Shown one piece after another: positions 1 through 8,831 of a DNA stretch of 64,000 bases. A model generated the notes under the pieces. The model worked only from the letters and a program-made list of their open reading frames with translations, was not told the DNA's origin and made no database searches. The stretch is taken from the IMG/VR virus record IMGVR_UViG_3300017613_001587; one strand, given 5' to 3'. A program made the translations under genes and the position numbers. Origin of the DNA: a virus. Its lineage: Duplodnaviria > Heunggongvirae > Uroviricota > Caudoviricetes. How positions within the stretch are numbered: position 1 is the stretch's first letter; each line of letters starts with the position of its first letter.

Positions 1-156
1 ATGCTGTATAGGTGATAGCATACAGTAATTCGAGGTACATCACGCACCTAGTGCGCAGTTATGTCTTCTGTAAAAAGCGACCACATTCGGCCTGTCGAGT
101 GGTAAAAGAATACAGGATAGGAGCTAACACTTGCCGAAATAGGAGTGTAATTAAAC

Positions 157-170
157 GCCCTATATAGGGC
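157..170. promoter_or_regulatory. 14-bp perfect palindrome GCCCTATATAGGGC upstream of ssb; could be an operator or -10-like element
   Basis: The palindrome is read directly in the sequence, about 20 nt upstream of the ssb ribosome-binding site. Confidence 0.3.
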
Positions 171-188
171 ACAAGAGGAGGCCATATC

Positions 189-791
189 ATGGCTAAATTG
201 AATAAAGTGCAGTTGATCGGACACCTGGGAGCCAAACCCGAACTGAAGCTGACCAACACCAACCAGGTACCGGTGGTGAACCTTCGTGTCGCAACGAACG
301 AGGGCTGGACGGATAAGACCACCGGCCAGAAGATAGAAGCCACCACCTGGCATACGGTTGTTTGCTTCAAAGGGCTGGCACAGACTGTGGCACAGTACCT
401 GGATAAGGGCCGTCAGGTCTACATCGAGGGCCGTCTGCAGATCAGGCCGTACATGGGTCAGGCCAAGGATGCCAATGGGCAGCCGATCCTGATGACCAAC
501 GGACAGCCGCTCCTGGTGCAGAAGTATGCGTCCGAGATCGTGGCGTTCGACGTCCAGTTCCTGGGCAAGAACCCCAACACCACTGCCTACCCGCAGGCCA
601 ACATGGCTGTTAATCCGGCCGCTCCTGTGGCTGGTGTTCCGGCAGTAGCTCCGGTCGCCGCACCTGCTGTTGCTGCGCCTGTTGTCCCGGTAGCTGCTCC
701 GGTAGCTGCTCCGGTAGCTGCTCCGGCCGCCGCCGTCGCTCCGGGTGGATTCGTTCAGCCGGTCGAGGTGATTCCGCCTGCTGGTGTGTAG
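189..791 (+). CDS. ssb: single-stranded DNA-binding protein (SSB)
   Basis: The N-terminal OB-fold closely matches E. coli SSB (NKVxLxGxLGxxPE..ATxExWxDKxTG..TxWHxVVxFxxLA..KGxQVYIEGxL). The C-terminus is an Ala/Pro/Val-rich linker ending PGGFVQPVEVIPPAGV. GGAGG precedes the ATG. Confidence 0.85.
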   Translation: MAKLNKVQLIGHLGAKPELKLTNTNQVPVVNLRVATNEGWTDKTTGQKIEATTWHTVVCFKGLAQTVAQYLDKGRQVYIEGRLQIRPYMGQAKDANGQPILMTNGQPLLVQKYASEIVAFDVQFLGKNPNTTAYPQANMAVNPAAPVAGVPAVAPVAAPAVAAPVVPVAAPVAAPVAAPAAAVAPGGFVQPVEVIPPAGV

Positions 792-817
792 TAGCCACTA
801 GTACCATCTACTGATGG

Positions 818-840
818 GTGGGGGACTTCGGTCCCCCATT
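818..840 (+). terminator. GC-rich hairpin (TGGGGGAC-TTCG-GTCCCCCA) after ssb
   Basis: A perfect inverted repeat sits immediately downstream of the ssb stop codon. The following T-tract is weak. Confidence 0.35.
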
Positions 841-903
841 AAAGTACATTGCAGAGTCCAAAGTCTCTGCGTTTATTAACCCTAACCCAATGGAGGTATT
901 ACA

Positions 904-1242
904 ATGGTAGAACTTTACAAGATGGACTGCAACGGCAATTGGTATTTCTGTGATTATGGCCTTATCACCAAAACTGAGGATTACAAACTACGTGGTTATA
1001 TCGTACGTAGGGCTGTGCCCAATACACAGCGCAGAGCCATGCCTCAGAGAGGCCGTATTGATGTTGTTCACCGGGTCAAGAAGGTTGGCTTTGTGGAGCG
1101 CTTCGTTAACGATTGTAAACACAATGTCAAGATCTTCAAGGAGATCGGTGATATGTTCTTCGGTGGTTTCAAGACCAAACGCAGCAAGGCGAAAGATGCT
1201 GCTATGTATTTCGCCTCAAAAGCCGCTATGGTGGCTGCGTAA
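904..1242 (+). CDS. hypothetical protein
   Basis: ORF track plus co-directional packing. Confidence 0.45.
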   Translation: MVELYKMDCNGNWYFCDYGLITKTEDYKLRGYIVRRAVPNTQRRAMPQRGRIDVVHRVKKVGFVERFVNDCKHNVKIFKEIGDMFFGGFKTKRSKAKDAAMYFASKAAMVAA

Positions 1243-1261
1243 TTCGTATGGAGGTGATCCA

Positions 1262-1621
1262 ATGCTGAATCAGAAAGGTTTTACCCTGATTGAGATGATC
1301 GCCGTGCTTATTATCCTTGGTATTGTTGGTACTATAGCCGCAGTCAAGATCACGAGCTTTGACTCACATGCTTCTAACAAGGTGGTGGATATAGCCATCG
1401 AGGAGCTTAACACACGTGAGAAGCTTGTATGGTCTAATGGCAAGCTGGCCGGTGTCATTGATATCAAGAAATATGTACGTGAGAATATCGATTGGGACAT
1501 TGGCAATGGAACCTCGGTTAGCGAAACATCAATAACCGTGAATGGTGAAACGGTACCTGTGAATCGTACCGAGCCCACCAGAGTTGAACCTGGATACTGG
1601 GAGAGACGAGATGGTGTATAA
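1262..1621 (+). CDS. type IV pilin-like / pseudopilin protein with a prepilin N-terminal cleavage-methylation motif
   Basis: Internal ATG after GGAGGTG. The N-terminus reads MLNQKG|FTLIEMIAVLIILGIVGTIAAV, i.e. a short leader ending in Gly, then Phe, Glu at +5 and a hydrophobic helix. Confidence 0.6.
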   Translation: MLNQKGFTLIEMIAVLIILGIVGTIAAVKITSFDSHASNKVVDIAIEELNTREKLVWSNGKLAGVIDIKKYVRENIDWDIGNGTSVSETSITVNGETVPVNRTEPTRVEPGYWERRDGV

Positions 1622-1883
1622 CAACCTGGATGGTGCTGGTATTTACCGACAAGATGCTATTCTTGGTCCGTTTCCCGAAACTGAACCTAAAGACAAGCCC
1701 CTCGCTCCTCAAATAGAGGAAGTCAGGGCGATTAGAGGTGCTGACGGTGAGACCTACGTCAACGTCAATGATCTGGCTGATGGGATGAAGAAGATTGCGT
1801 TCAATTCTAGTTGTACCTCACTAAGCGTACTCAGATTCATCAGTATTGTTAACCAACACCTGCAAGGAGGTGGTCATGAGTAG
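1611..1883 (+). CDS. hypothetical protein
   Basis: Internal ATG after a GGGAGAGACGAG ribosome-binding site; it overlaps the stop of the pilin gene. Confidence 0.4.
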   Translation: MVYNNLDGAGIYRQDAILGPFPETEPKDKPLAPQIEEVRAIRGADGETYVNVNDLADGMKKIAFNSSCTSLSVLRFISIVNQHLQGGGHE

Positions 1884-2322
1884 ACACACTGTATGCTACT
1901 GCCAGCAAGAGATCATGTCTCAGTGCGCCGCGCCCAGCCAGGCTGAATCGGTTGCGTGCCATTTTTATGAGAAAGCCCAACATGCGGAGCGATGCATGTA
2001 TTTTGTTTTTGATAAATTCTGTGATTCATACAAAGCACAGTCTTTCGGGTATGCTCCCCCAGACAACGACCGTGATGATGACTATGACCAACTACTCGAT
2101 CTCGATGATTTCATCGAAACGGAAGAGGTTGCTCAGAAGAGTTGCCATAATTGTATCTTGTACGCATGCTCACATGTGGTACATGAGAACAATCAGGCAC
2201 AGGGGCGTGGTGGACTCACTTACAATGACCTGATCAACATCGCGTGTAATTGTGAGGATTATGACGATGAGGCTACCATGAGGGCTAAAACTAACCTATC
2301 ACTGAGGGGGATACAACCATGA
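1876..2322 (+). CDS. hypothetical Cys-rich acidic protein
   Basis: ATG after GGAGGTGGTC. Several CxxC-like cysteine pairs. Confidence 0.45.
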   Translation: MSRHTVCYCQQEIMSQCAAPSQAESVACHFYEKAQHAERCMYFVFDKFCDSYKAQSFGYAPPDNDRDDDYDQLLDLDDFIETEEVAQKSCHNCILYACSHVVHENNQAQGRGGLTYNDLINIACNCEDYDDEATMRAKTNLSLRGIQP

Positions 2323-2480
2323 ATGAGATTGAGATCATCGTTCTCATTATAACTATCATCTCGTGGTTCTTTATGTTTATCAAATACCGCGAGCGACACA
2401 CTGCTATTCAGTGGAACCTGGCCCCAGTCGGCATCGGCTTTACCAGCTGTCTGTGGATTGCTCTATTCTTCGGAGGTTAA
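2319..2480 (+). CDS. small membrane protein (53 aa)
   Basis: ATGA overlap with the upstream stop; one predicted transmembrane helix. Confidence 0.35.
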   Translation: MNEIEIIVLIITIISWFFMFIKYRERHTAIQWNLAPVGIGFTSCLWIALFFGG

Positions 2481-2483
2481 GCC

Positions 2484-2648
2484 ATGACTACCATGGAGAT
2501 AGTTGTACGACGACCGGCCGACCACCACAAGGGGCCGAAGGAAATTGTGCGCATACCGTATGGTGAAGGTGTGCCTGCTGGCATCATTATAGGTAAAGAT
2601 GCCGTAATCACTATCGAGACGAAAGGAGAAGGGTCCAATGGCGTTTAA
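2484..2648 (+). CDS. small hypothetical protein (54 aa)
   Basis: ATG 3 nt after the preceding stop, with GGAGG upstream. Confidence 0.3.
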   Translation: MTTMEIVVRRPADHHKGPKEIVRIPYGEGVPAGIIIGKDAVITIETKGEGSNGV

Positions 2649-3018
2649 TCCAAGGGATAGTAAACCGACAAAGGTAGACCGCCCTGATATCAGCACAACA
2701 GGGAAACCTGGAAGAATACTCACTCAACTTCAGAGGATAGAGGGAGAGGTTAAGGGGGAACTGTCGTATAGAGGTAAACCTACACTCAAGACCCCACCTC
2801 CTATCACCAAACCCCTCGGTGAGAGGCGTAAGTATTACATCGAGTGGTGGAAGATAGGTACTGACAACGCCCTCATTGAATCAGGTGAGTTCCACACTGC
2901 TAATATCAAGAACTTTGCCCGTAAGTTCCTTGCCACTGGTAAGTATACGTTAGTGTATCTGCGGCGAGAGGTGGATGGCAAGGTGCTCCAAGACCGGAGG
3001 TCGACACTGAGACGATAG
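2638..3018 (+). CDS. hypothetical protein
   Basis: ORF track; overlaps the previous stop. Confidence 0.45.
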   Translation: MAFNPRDSKPTKVDRPDISTTGKPGRILTQLQRIEGEVKGELSYRGKPTLKTPPPITKPLGERRKYYIEWWKIGTDNALIESGEFHTANIKNFARKFLATGKYTLVYLRREVDGKVLQDRRSTLRR

Positions 3019-3075
3019 CTGATCCAGTGCTTCATCAGCCAACGATTAACCTTTGAACTGGCGGAGGTAATTAAC

Positions 3076-3363
3076 ATGCCAAAAGAACATTCCCCATACT
3101 TTCGGACACGTGTGTCCGTTGTCAAATTGGGAGCTCTGACTGAGGAGCTGTCCAAACTCGGCCGTGAAATCTGGATCAACATGGCCGGTAAGAGTACGGT
3201 GAGGCTCATGGAAGGTGCTCAAGGCACGATCATGGGCCCCATGCCCAACTGGAAGGCTCGCTGGATTCTTGAGGAGATGCTCAAGTGGGAGCGCAAGAAA
3301 CAGTATGCCAAGAACGTTGCTGTTAACGTGGTGAAGAAGGGTAGACTCTTTGTCACAGCCTAA
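3076..3363 (+). CDS. hypothetical protein
   Basis: ATG after GGAGGTAATTAAC. Confidence 0.45.
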   Translation: MPKEHSPYFRTRVSVVKLGALTEELSKLGREIWINMAGKSTVRLMEGAQGTIMGPMPNWKARWILEEMLKWERKKQYAKNVAVNVVKKGRLFVTA

Positions 3364-3614
3364 CCTAACGCTAACACGCACAGAGCACCCAGTGCAAACA
3401 GCGTTTCTCTTTACTGTTTTTTTGGTGAATGAGGAGCAAGCCAGGGAGTAGCAAAATCCACCCACCAAGCAGGGCCACGCTTCAGGATATACCTGAGGGT
3501 CTGGTTCTGTTCTGGTCCTGGTCTGTCTGTTTCTCTTTGACCGGGTTTCTGGGCGGGGTCTGGGTGGCCGCGTCCAGAGTTATCGATAACTTCAACTTAC
3601 GTAGGAGGTGCCTA

Positions 3615-5255
3615 ATGGCAGAAGCAACAAAACAAGCAGTAGCGTCAACCGAGAAAGCCACAAACGTGGAAGCTGCGGACTTCGAACTTACCAAGACGGG
3701 CGTGATGATCATCGGTTCCAGCCTGATCGGCGAGAAGCTGACAGGATTGGTCATCGAGATGCTCAAGGCCTTACCCGAGGCTCAACTGGCCTGTATCGAG
3801 TTCCGCAACGACAACTATCCGCAGGATGCCGATGGCCCCGTGTTTGCCATGGCGTTCGCCGACACCCATTCCTTCGCGGTTAACCTGGAGCACTGCTGGC
3901 ATCGTGCCTGTGTGAAGGCAGCCAAGGGTGAGGAGCCGTTGGGGTTCCTGGGTATGCTGTGGACCAACCTACTCTCCGCAGTCGGGCATGAGCTCGATCA
4001 CCTGATGATGGCGGAGATGGATCGCCCTGAGTATGAGAAGCTGCGCGGTGATGAGGCAGGGCAAAAGGCACTGGAAGACTCGGCAGATGAGACAGCACGT
4101 CAGGAGATCTTGCGCCTGGCACGTCTGGTCGACACCGAGATCCCCACACCTGATCAATTCGGCTGGTTCGGCACCAAGATCATGGCCCTGTTCACCACCG
4201 ATTCCACGAAAGACCTGGATTGGGTGAAGAAGCTCCAGAAGGACATGGAGTCCGGCATCATCTATGACGAGGGGGAGAACAAGACCTGTGATTCCTTCCG
4301 TCAGTTCGTACAGCTGGCTCATGACCCGGACAAGAGCACAGGCAACTGGGATCAGGCCGTGCAGTATGTCAACCTGACCGCGGAGCTGGAGAATGGTGAG
4401 ACCATCGAGATCAAGGCCGATGCCGTACCAGTCGTGGACGTGGCCGAAGAGATCGTGCAGAAAGAGGAGCCGATCGAGATGGTTGCTGATCATGCATCCG
4501 GTATGTTCGTCGGTGCCGGTGATGGGCCTGAGGCTGAGACTGTCATCGATCAGCCGGAAGCTCCGCAACCTGAAGCCGTGGTCGTTGGTAATCCGGTAGA
4601 AGCTGCCGCCGCTGGTATGGTAGCTGCTGTCGCCGGTGTCCAGGAAGTACCACTGCCTGAGACTGTGATCGCTGAGCAGGCCAACAACGTACCACCTGCC
4701 CCTGCTGCTCCGGCCACCACGTATGAGCCCAACAACGTGGACATGTCCATGATGCCTGCTATCACCGAGGCCCTGTGGAAAACGCTGTATGCGCATGTGT
4801 ATGGCAAATGTGGGTGGCAACAGAACCCGCAGACGGGCCGCTTCTTCTTCGCCAATCCGGCCGCTATCCTGGAGTTCGTATCAATCCAGCACATCATTGA
4901 CCACTTCGGCTGTCAGAACTTCATCATGGAGTGTGATGGTCAGAGTGCAGTAGGCGCCAGCCTCGAAGGCATTTCCTGTGCCACGGGTCAAGTCAAAGGC
5001 CACATCTCCAGTAAGCAGGGCCTGCCGATGTACACGATCTACCTGAACATCAATGGCCAACGCATCAAGCGTTCGTTCGTCCCTCAGAACCCTGAGAAGA
5101 TGAACGCTCAAAACGCCTATTCCAACCCCGCCCTGGAAGCCCAGCGTGGACACATGATCGCATGGGTGTACAAGGGTGAAGGCGACGGCAAACCTGACTT
5201 CAAGGACCGTTGCGCCGCGAAGATCAAGGATAACGCCTACGAGATTATTCAGTAA
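3615..5255 (+). CDS. large acidic hypothetical protein with an HExxH (zincin-like) motif
   Basis: ATG after GTAGGAGGTG. Contains GHELDHLMM. A long acidic, Pro/Ala/Val-rich central region is followed by a Cys/His-containing C-terminal domain. Confidence 0.55.
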   Translation: MAEATKQAVASTEKATNVEAADFELTKTGVMIIGSSLIGEKLTGLVIEMLKALPEAQLACIEFRNDNYPQDADGPVFAMAFADTHSFAVNLEHCWHRACVKAAKGEEPLGFLGMLWTNLLSAVGHELDHLMMAEMDRPEYEKLRGDEAGQKALEDSADETARQEILRLARLVDTEIPTPDQFGWFGTKIMALFTTDSTKDLDWVKKLQKDMESGIIYDEGENKTCDSFRQFVQLAHDPDKSTGNWDQAVQYVNLTAELENGETIEIKADAVPVVDVAEEIVQKEEPIEMVADHASGMFVGAGDGPEAETVIDQPEAPQPEAVVVGNPVEAAAAGMVAAVAGVQEVPLPETVIAEQANNVPPAPAAPATTYEPNNVDMSMMPAITEALWKTLYAHVYGKCGWQQNPQTGRFFFANPAAILEFVSIQHIIDHFGCQNFIMECDGQSAVGASLEGISCATGQVKGHISSKQGLPMYTIYLNINGQRIKRSFVPQNPEKMNAQNAYSNPALEAQRGHMIAWVYKGEGDGKPDFKDRCAAKIKDNAYEIIQ

Positions 5256-5545
5256 TGACGAGTCTCAAGGGCATTGTCATCAGCCGTAGTGCCGAGCTGA
5301 CGATACGCCTCTCATCAGGCGCTAGGGTTCGCATCCCCAGGCAGAAAGACTTACGTCTGGGTGATGCGGTGTATATCTGCTATGATTACACGCAGATGGT
5401 CGTCCGTGAAGTATGGACGGAAGTTGAGTATCTGGCAGAGGAGGACAGCGCGGGTGCTCCTGTCGAATGGGAGACTGAGCCACGGGGTCTGGATGTTCTG
5501 GATCTGGCGGCTGACCCAACGCTGTGTTCTGGTGTTTCTCTTTAA
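5255..5545 (+). CDS. hypothetical protein
   Basis: ATGA overlap with the upstream stop. Confidence 0.4.
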   Translation: MTSLKGIVISRSAELTIRLSSGARVRIPRQKDLRLGDAVYICYDYTQMVVREVWTEVEYLAEEDSAGAPVEWETEPRGLDVLDLAADPTLCSGVSL

Positions 5546-5662
5546 CTGGTTTTCTGGGCGGGTTGCTGGGGATGTCCCGGCTGCCCGTCTATACCCTAAG
5601 GTGTGCCCGTCGCACCAACAAACGGCCGCATGTGGCCACAACTACCTTATAAGGAGGTCCCT

Positions 5663-6442
5663 ATGAGTGGATCAGCAAGAAGTCTGCAGATGAGTTTTTT
5701 CAGTGGCATGAGAGTTGCGAGCACCAGCTATACGCCCGCACACAGCAAGAATGGCAAAAACATCAGCGCCAAACTGGTCGTGAACGCCTTCATGAACATC
5801 GCGTCCCGCGCCAATGCCGGTGAAGGCCGCAACGAAGCCGTCCCGTTCACCATCTGGGGGAAACTGGCGGATATCTGCGCCAAGAGCATGTCGCCGGGCA
5901 AAGAGTTCAATTGCTTCGCCCAACTGCATGTGTACAACGGCCGTGTGTTCATGCCGTCCGGTGTCGCAGGCCAGCCCGGCCAGCAGATCAACGATTCCAC
6001 CGGTCAGCCCGTCCTTACCAAGAAGTTCAGCTATACCATCACCATGCTGACCTTCGGTGAGGAGTCCAACAAGCACATCCTGAATGAGATCCAGGCAGGT
6101 GTGCGTCCGGCCGACTGGAACGTGGCGGGTAGCCAGGGTTCGCTGGTGTGGAAAGAGACCCTGAAAGCGCGTCAGGCCATTCAGTATGATCCGGCCCACC
6201 TGACCTTCGGGTATGCCCGTGTGTATCAGCCGCAAGGCGCCGGTATCGGTGCGTATATCCAAGGCACCGCTCCGGGCGTAGCCCCGACGACCATGGGCCC
6301 GGCTGTTGACACGACCGCTGCCGTAGCCGCGACGTTCGCAGGTGTTCAGCCTGCCCCGACCGTTGCCGCTCCTGTAGCCCCTGTAGCGACCCCTGCCCCG
6401 GCAATTCAGCCCGGTGGGTTTGTCGTTCCGTCCGGCGTGTAG
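5663..6442 (+). CDS. divergent SSB-like OB-fold paralog
   Basis: AAGGAGG 6 nt before the ATG. An SSB-like core (VPFTIWGKLAD..GKEF..LHVYNGRVF..) is followed by an Ala/Pro/Val-rich tail ending QPGGFVVPSGV, the same tail motif as ssb at 189-791. Confidence 0.45.
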   Translation: MSGSARSLQMSFFSGMRVASTSYTPAHSKNGKNISAKLVVNAFMNIASRANAGEGRNEAVPFTIWGKLADICAKSMSPGKEFNCFAQLHVYNGRVFMPSGVAGQPGQQINDSTGQPVLTKKFSYTITMLTFGEESNKHILNEIQAGVRPADWNVAGSQGSLVWKETLKARQAIQYDPAHLTFGYARVYQPQGAGIGAYIQGTAPGVAPTTMGPAVDTTAAVAATFAGVQPAPTVAAPVAPVATPAPAIQPGGFVVPSGV

Positions 6443-6473
6443 TCTAGCGCCATAACCTAGCCTCGGTAGGGTG

Positions 6474-6505
6474 CCCCAAGTGGGTGTCCCACCGGGGTTT
6501 TTTTG
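6474..6505 (+). terminator. rho-independent terminator
   Basis: GC hairpin (CCCC..GTGGG-TGT-CCCAC..GGGG) followed by TTTTTTT. Confidence 0.55.
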
Positions 6506-6664
6506 TATTTGTAGGAGAAATACCGTGTTTATTTTGATGTTCGGGCGGGGTAAACCGGTGTCGTTTGCTATTGTGTACTCTGGGACTTGCTGTGCTCTCT
6601 TTTGTCTGCGCCATGGTCTGCTCTATGACCGCGTTGTTTTGTACACTAGTAGAGTAGTATTATA

Positions 6665-6856
6665 CTATTGTAGATCTTCCTTTAGCTTAGCTAGCATTAG
6701 CTCATGTCTGTTCATCAGCTTGACTAACGCTGGATATATGCTAATTGTGAGTTCTATTGTACTGGCACGCGACAATCCCATCTCATTGGATAGAGTGTCT
6801 AAGTCATCAAGGAACTCCTGGGTACATCTCATTTGGAACTTCTTATCTTTTGTCAT
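6665..6856 (-). CDS. ribbon-helix-helix (CopG/Arc/MetJ-like) transcriptional regulator
   Basis: The only convincing minus-strand gene. KKFQMRCTQEFLDDLDTLSNEMGLSRASTIELTI fits the RHH strand-helix-helix consensus. Its start codon lies inside a TGTCATGACA palindrome. An alternative upstream start would be at 6892. Confidence 0.55.
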   Translation of the reverse strand: MTKDKKFQMRCTQEFLDDLDTLSNEMGLSRASTIELTISIYPALVKLMNRHELMLAKLKEDLQ

Positions 6857-6966
6857 GACATATTTCCTTATTTGTATGGACATATTTGTCATGACAAATG
6901 TATTGTCATTACATTTAGTTTGTCATGACATTTTTGTACTGACAGGTTCTTTTTTCTGTCATGACA
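6851..6966. promoter_or_regulatory. four copies of the 10-bp palindrome TGTCATGACA (6851, 6887, 6921, 6957) in an AT-rich divergent control region
   Basis: Exact repeats are seen in the sequence. Further copies occur at 7559 and 8432. They sit upstream of the minus-strand RHH gene and within a TATAAT-rich region. Confidence 0.5.
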
Positions 6967-7086
6967 CTAATATAAGCACTATTTGGGGTTTGTCAAGCCC
7001 TAGACCGTATTTATTTGCTAATAACCACTATGCTATGCTATAATAGTATAGTATATATACTACTATTCTAATAGGTTAGGAACGAA

Positions 7087-7425
7087 ATGGCTAAATTCTT
7101 TAGTAATGACTCGACAACTGAAGCGAAAAGTCGTAAATGGGCTCAATATAACGATTTTTCGAGCGAAATCGATCATTTAGTGGCTCAATGGAAGGATAAA
7201 TCAACAAAAAAGCCTAAAAACGCCCAAAGTACCGTAAAAACAGCTAAAAACCCTTGTGGAGAGGTAGTTTTGGACAGTTTTTCTTATTTGAGAGCCTCTG
7301 GAGAGCCTATGAAAGCACCTGACTCAACACCTAATCCTAACGAGGCATTTAGGCGACTAAAGTATGGAAAGACGAGTGTTACCGAGTTCTTACGGCTGGC
7401 TAAGGAGACAGGAGATAAACTATAA
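7087..7425 (+). CDS. hypothetical protein with a PNPNEAFRRLK motif
   Basis: ATG after TAGGAACGAA, preceded by TATAAT-containing TAGTATAG repeats. Confidence 0.45.
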   Translation: MAKFFSNDSTTEAKSRKWAQYNDFSSEIDHLVAQWKDKSTKKPKNAQSTVKTAKNPCGEVVLDSFSYLRASGEPMKAPDSTPNPNEAFRRLKYGKTSVTEFLRLAKETGDKL

Positions 7426-7432
7426 TACTATT

Positions 7433-7446
7433 CTATCGATCGATAG
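7433..7446. repeat. 14-bp perfect palindrome CTATCGATCGATAG
   Basis: Seen directly, just after the 7087-7425 stop; related TCGATCGA half-sites follow. Confidence 0.3.
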
Positions 7447-7619
7447 GCAAATCGATGCGTCGAATGTGTGTTCGATCGAGTCCCTGGAATATGTCATTAC
7501 AATAGTATAATAGTATAGTAGTATAGAAATAGTAGTGTAGTATGTATCATGGTCAATTTGTCATGACATTATGCATAGTACAGTATTATTTTGTACATAC
7601 AAATAGAGGAGGATAGACT

Positions 7620-7757
7620 ATGTCAGAAGACTATACCGATGAGGTAGAGCAGTATGAAGCTGAAGGTGAGTACTATAGGGATCAAGGTGGAGATGAGGAG
7701 TTAGAACTGGTGCCTTTAGGTTGGGAAAGGTGGCGTTGTCAGTATATAGGGTATTGA
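7620..7757 (+). CDS. small acidic protein (45 aa)
   Basis: AGAGGAGGATAGACT-ATG; not in the ORF track because it is under 60 aa. Confidence 0.4.
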   Translation: MSEDYTDEVEQYEAEGEYYRDQGGDEELELVPLGWERWRCQYIGY

Positions 7758-7831
7758 TGTATGTTATATACTGGATTCGGATACAGCTTCTTCGCGCGCG
7801 AGAACAAAATACTCAATAACATGGAGGTGTT

Positions 7832-8107
7832 ATGATAACCAGTAATATACTCATAAAAGCAAAAACAAGGGATGATCTGATCAGAGCGCTGGAACAGATA
7901 TTAGATGAGACTAAAAGAACAGCTGAGGTTAGTAAAGCATACAACTGTAATGTTATAACAGAAGATGCACCCTTCAGCTTAATCATGGACACTGTAGAAG
8001 CTCGTTGTGATCATATGGTAGGGGGACGGTGTTCTCATGAAGATTATCCCGACGGGTTCTTACTTGATACACTCTGTGGTACTGATGAGTGTCCACTAGT
8101 TAAATAG
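7832..8107 (+). CDS. hypothetical protein
   Basis: ATGGAGGTGTTATG upstream. Confidence 0.45.
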   Translation: MITSNILIKAKTRDDLIRALEQILDETKRTAEVSKAYNCNVITEDAPFSLIMDTVEARCDHMVGGRCSHEDYPDGFLLDTLCGTDECPLVK

Positions 8108-8140
8108 TATAGTATAACAGTAGTATAGGAGGTATACACC

Positions 8141-8404
8141 ATGGGTTACAATAACGATGTAATAGACTCAGATAACGAGGAGGAAGAGCGCCTAACTAGA
8201 CCGTTTCTTATTCATGTACGTTTCCTTAAATCTCCTGCTTATCTTGGTTACCGTTTCACGAGCAAGAACACATGGATGGTAGATGCTACCGGCGAAGAAG
8301 AGGCTATGGATAAGCTGGAGGTACACCTGAGGTCATTCCTGATAGATGAGCCTGAAGTAGGCGACCACATGATGCTGGATATGTCCAGCGTAACTATTCT
8401 ATAG
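8141..8404 (+). CDS. hypothetical protein
   Basis: CAGTAGTATAGGAGGTAT upstream box. Confidence 0.45.
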   Translation: MGYNNDVIDSDNEEEERLTRPFLIHVRFLKSPAYLGYRFTSKNTWMVDATGEEEAMDKLEVHLRSFLIDEPEVGDHMMLDMSSVTIL

Positions 8405-8435
8405 TATTATATTACAGTAGTATAGGAGGTATGTC

Positions 8436-8600
8436 ATGACAAAGACTCAGTATAGTATGTATAAAGCTATGTTATCATTGGATAGTGATATGCCTAAAAG
8501 TGTTAGGTTAGCTGGTGAGGTGTCCAGTAGGTTTATCATAGGTGTGGCTGCTATTCTGATTGCTGAGAAGTTGTTATATGTTATAATAGATCTACTGTAG
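8436..8600 (+). CDS. small membrane protein (54 aa)
   Basis: The same CAGTAGTATAGGAGGTAT box lies upstream; the start overlaps a TGTCATGACA palindrome. Confidence 0.35.
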   Translation: MTKTQYSMYKAMLSLDSDMPKSVRLAGEVSSRFIIGVAAILIAEKLLYVIIDLL

Positions 8601-8659
8601 ATCCAGGTAATGTTCTTCGCGCTCGGCTTCGAATTGCCCTATAATATGGAGGTGTTATC

Positions 8660-8821
8660 ATGATTAAGGTCAAAGCAGTACTACAGGTCAGTACAGAGGT
8701 AGTGATGATCGAGACCTGGAAGCTGTACCTGCTCGTAGGTGGAGCATTTGCTTACGGTCTGTACTTTGCTTCCTGTGTTATGACAGGGGGTTATGGACTA
8801 ATGCCAATGTTATTTGGATAA
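8660..8821 (+). CDS. small membrane protein (53 aa)
   Basis: ATGGAGGTGTTATC-ATG. Confidence 0.35.
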   Translation: MIKVKAVLQVSTEVVMIETWKLYLLVGGAFAYGLYFASCVMTGGYGLMPMLFG

Positions 8822-8831
8822 AAGGTGCACC

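Noticed and set aside
3969-4820. Long minus-strand ORFs (3969-4820, 5672-6262, 25241-26158, 12444-12896, 22434-22859, 36829-37164)
   Set aside because: Each lies fully antisense to a plus-strand gene that has a ribosome-binding site and recognisable domains (the acidic protein, SSB-like 2, the Gly-rich protein). They lack ribosome-binding sites and sit in GC-rich or low-complexity stretches where antisense ORFs arise by chance.
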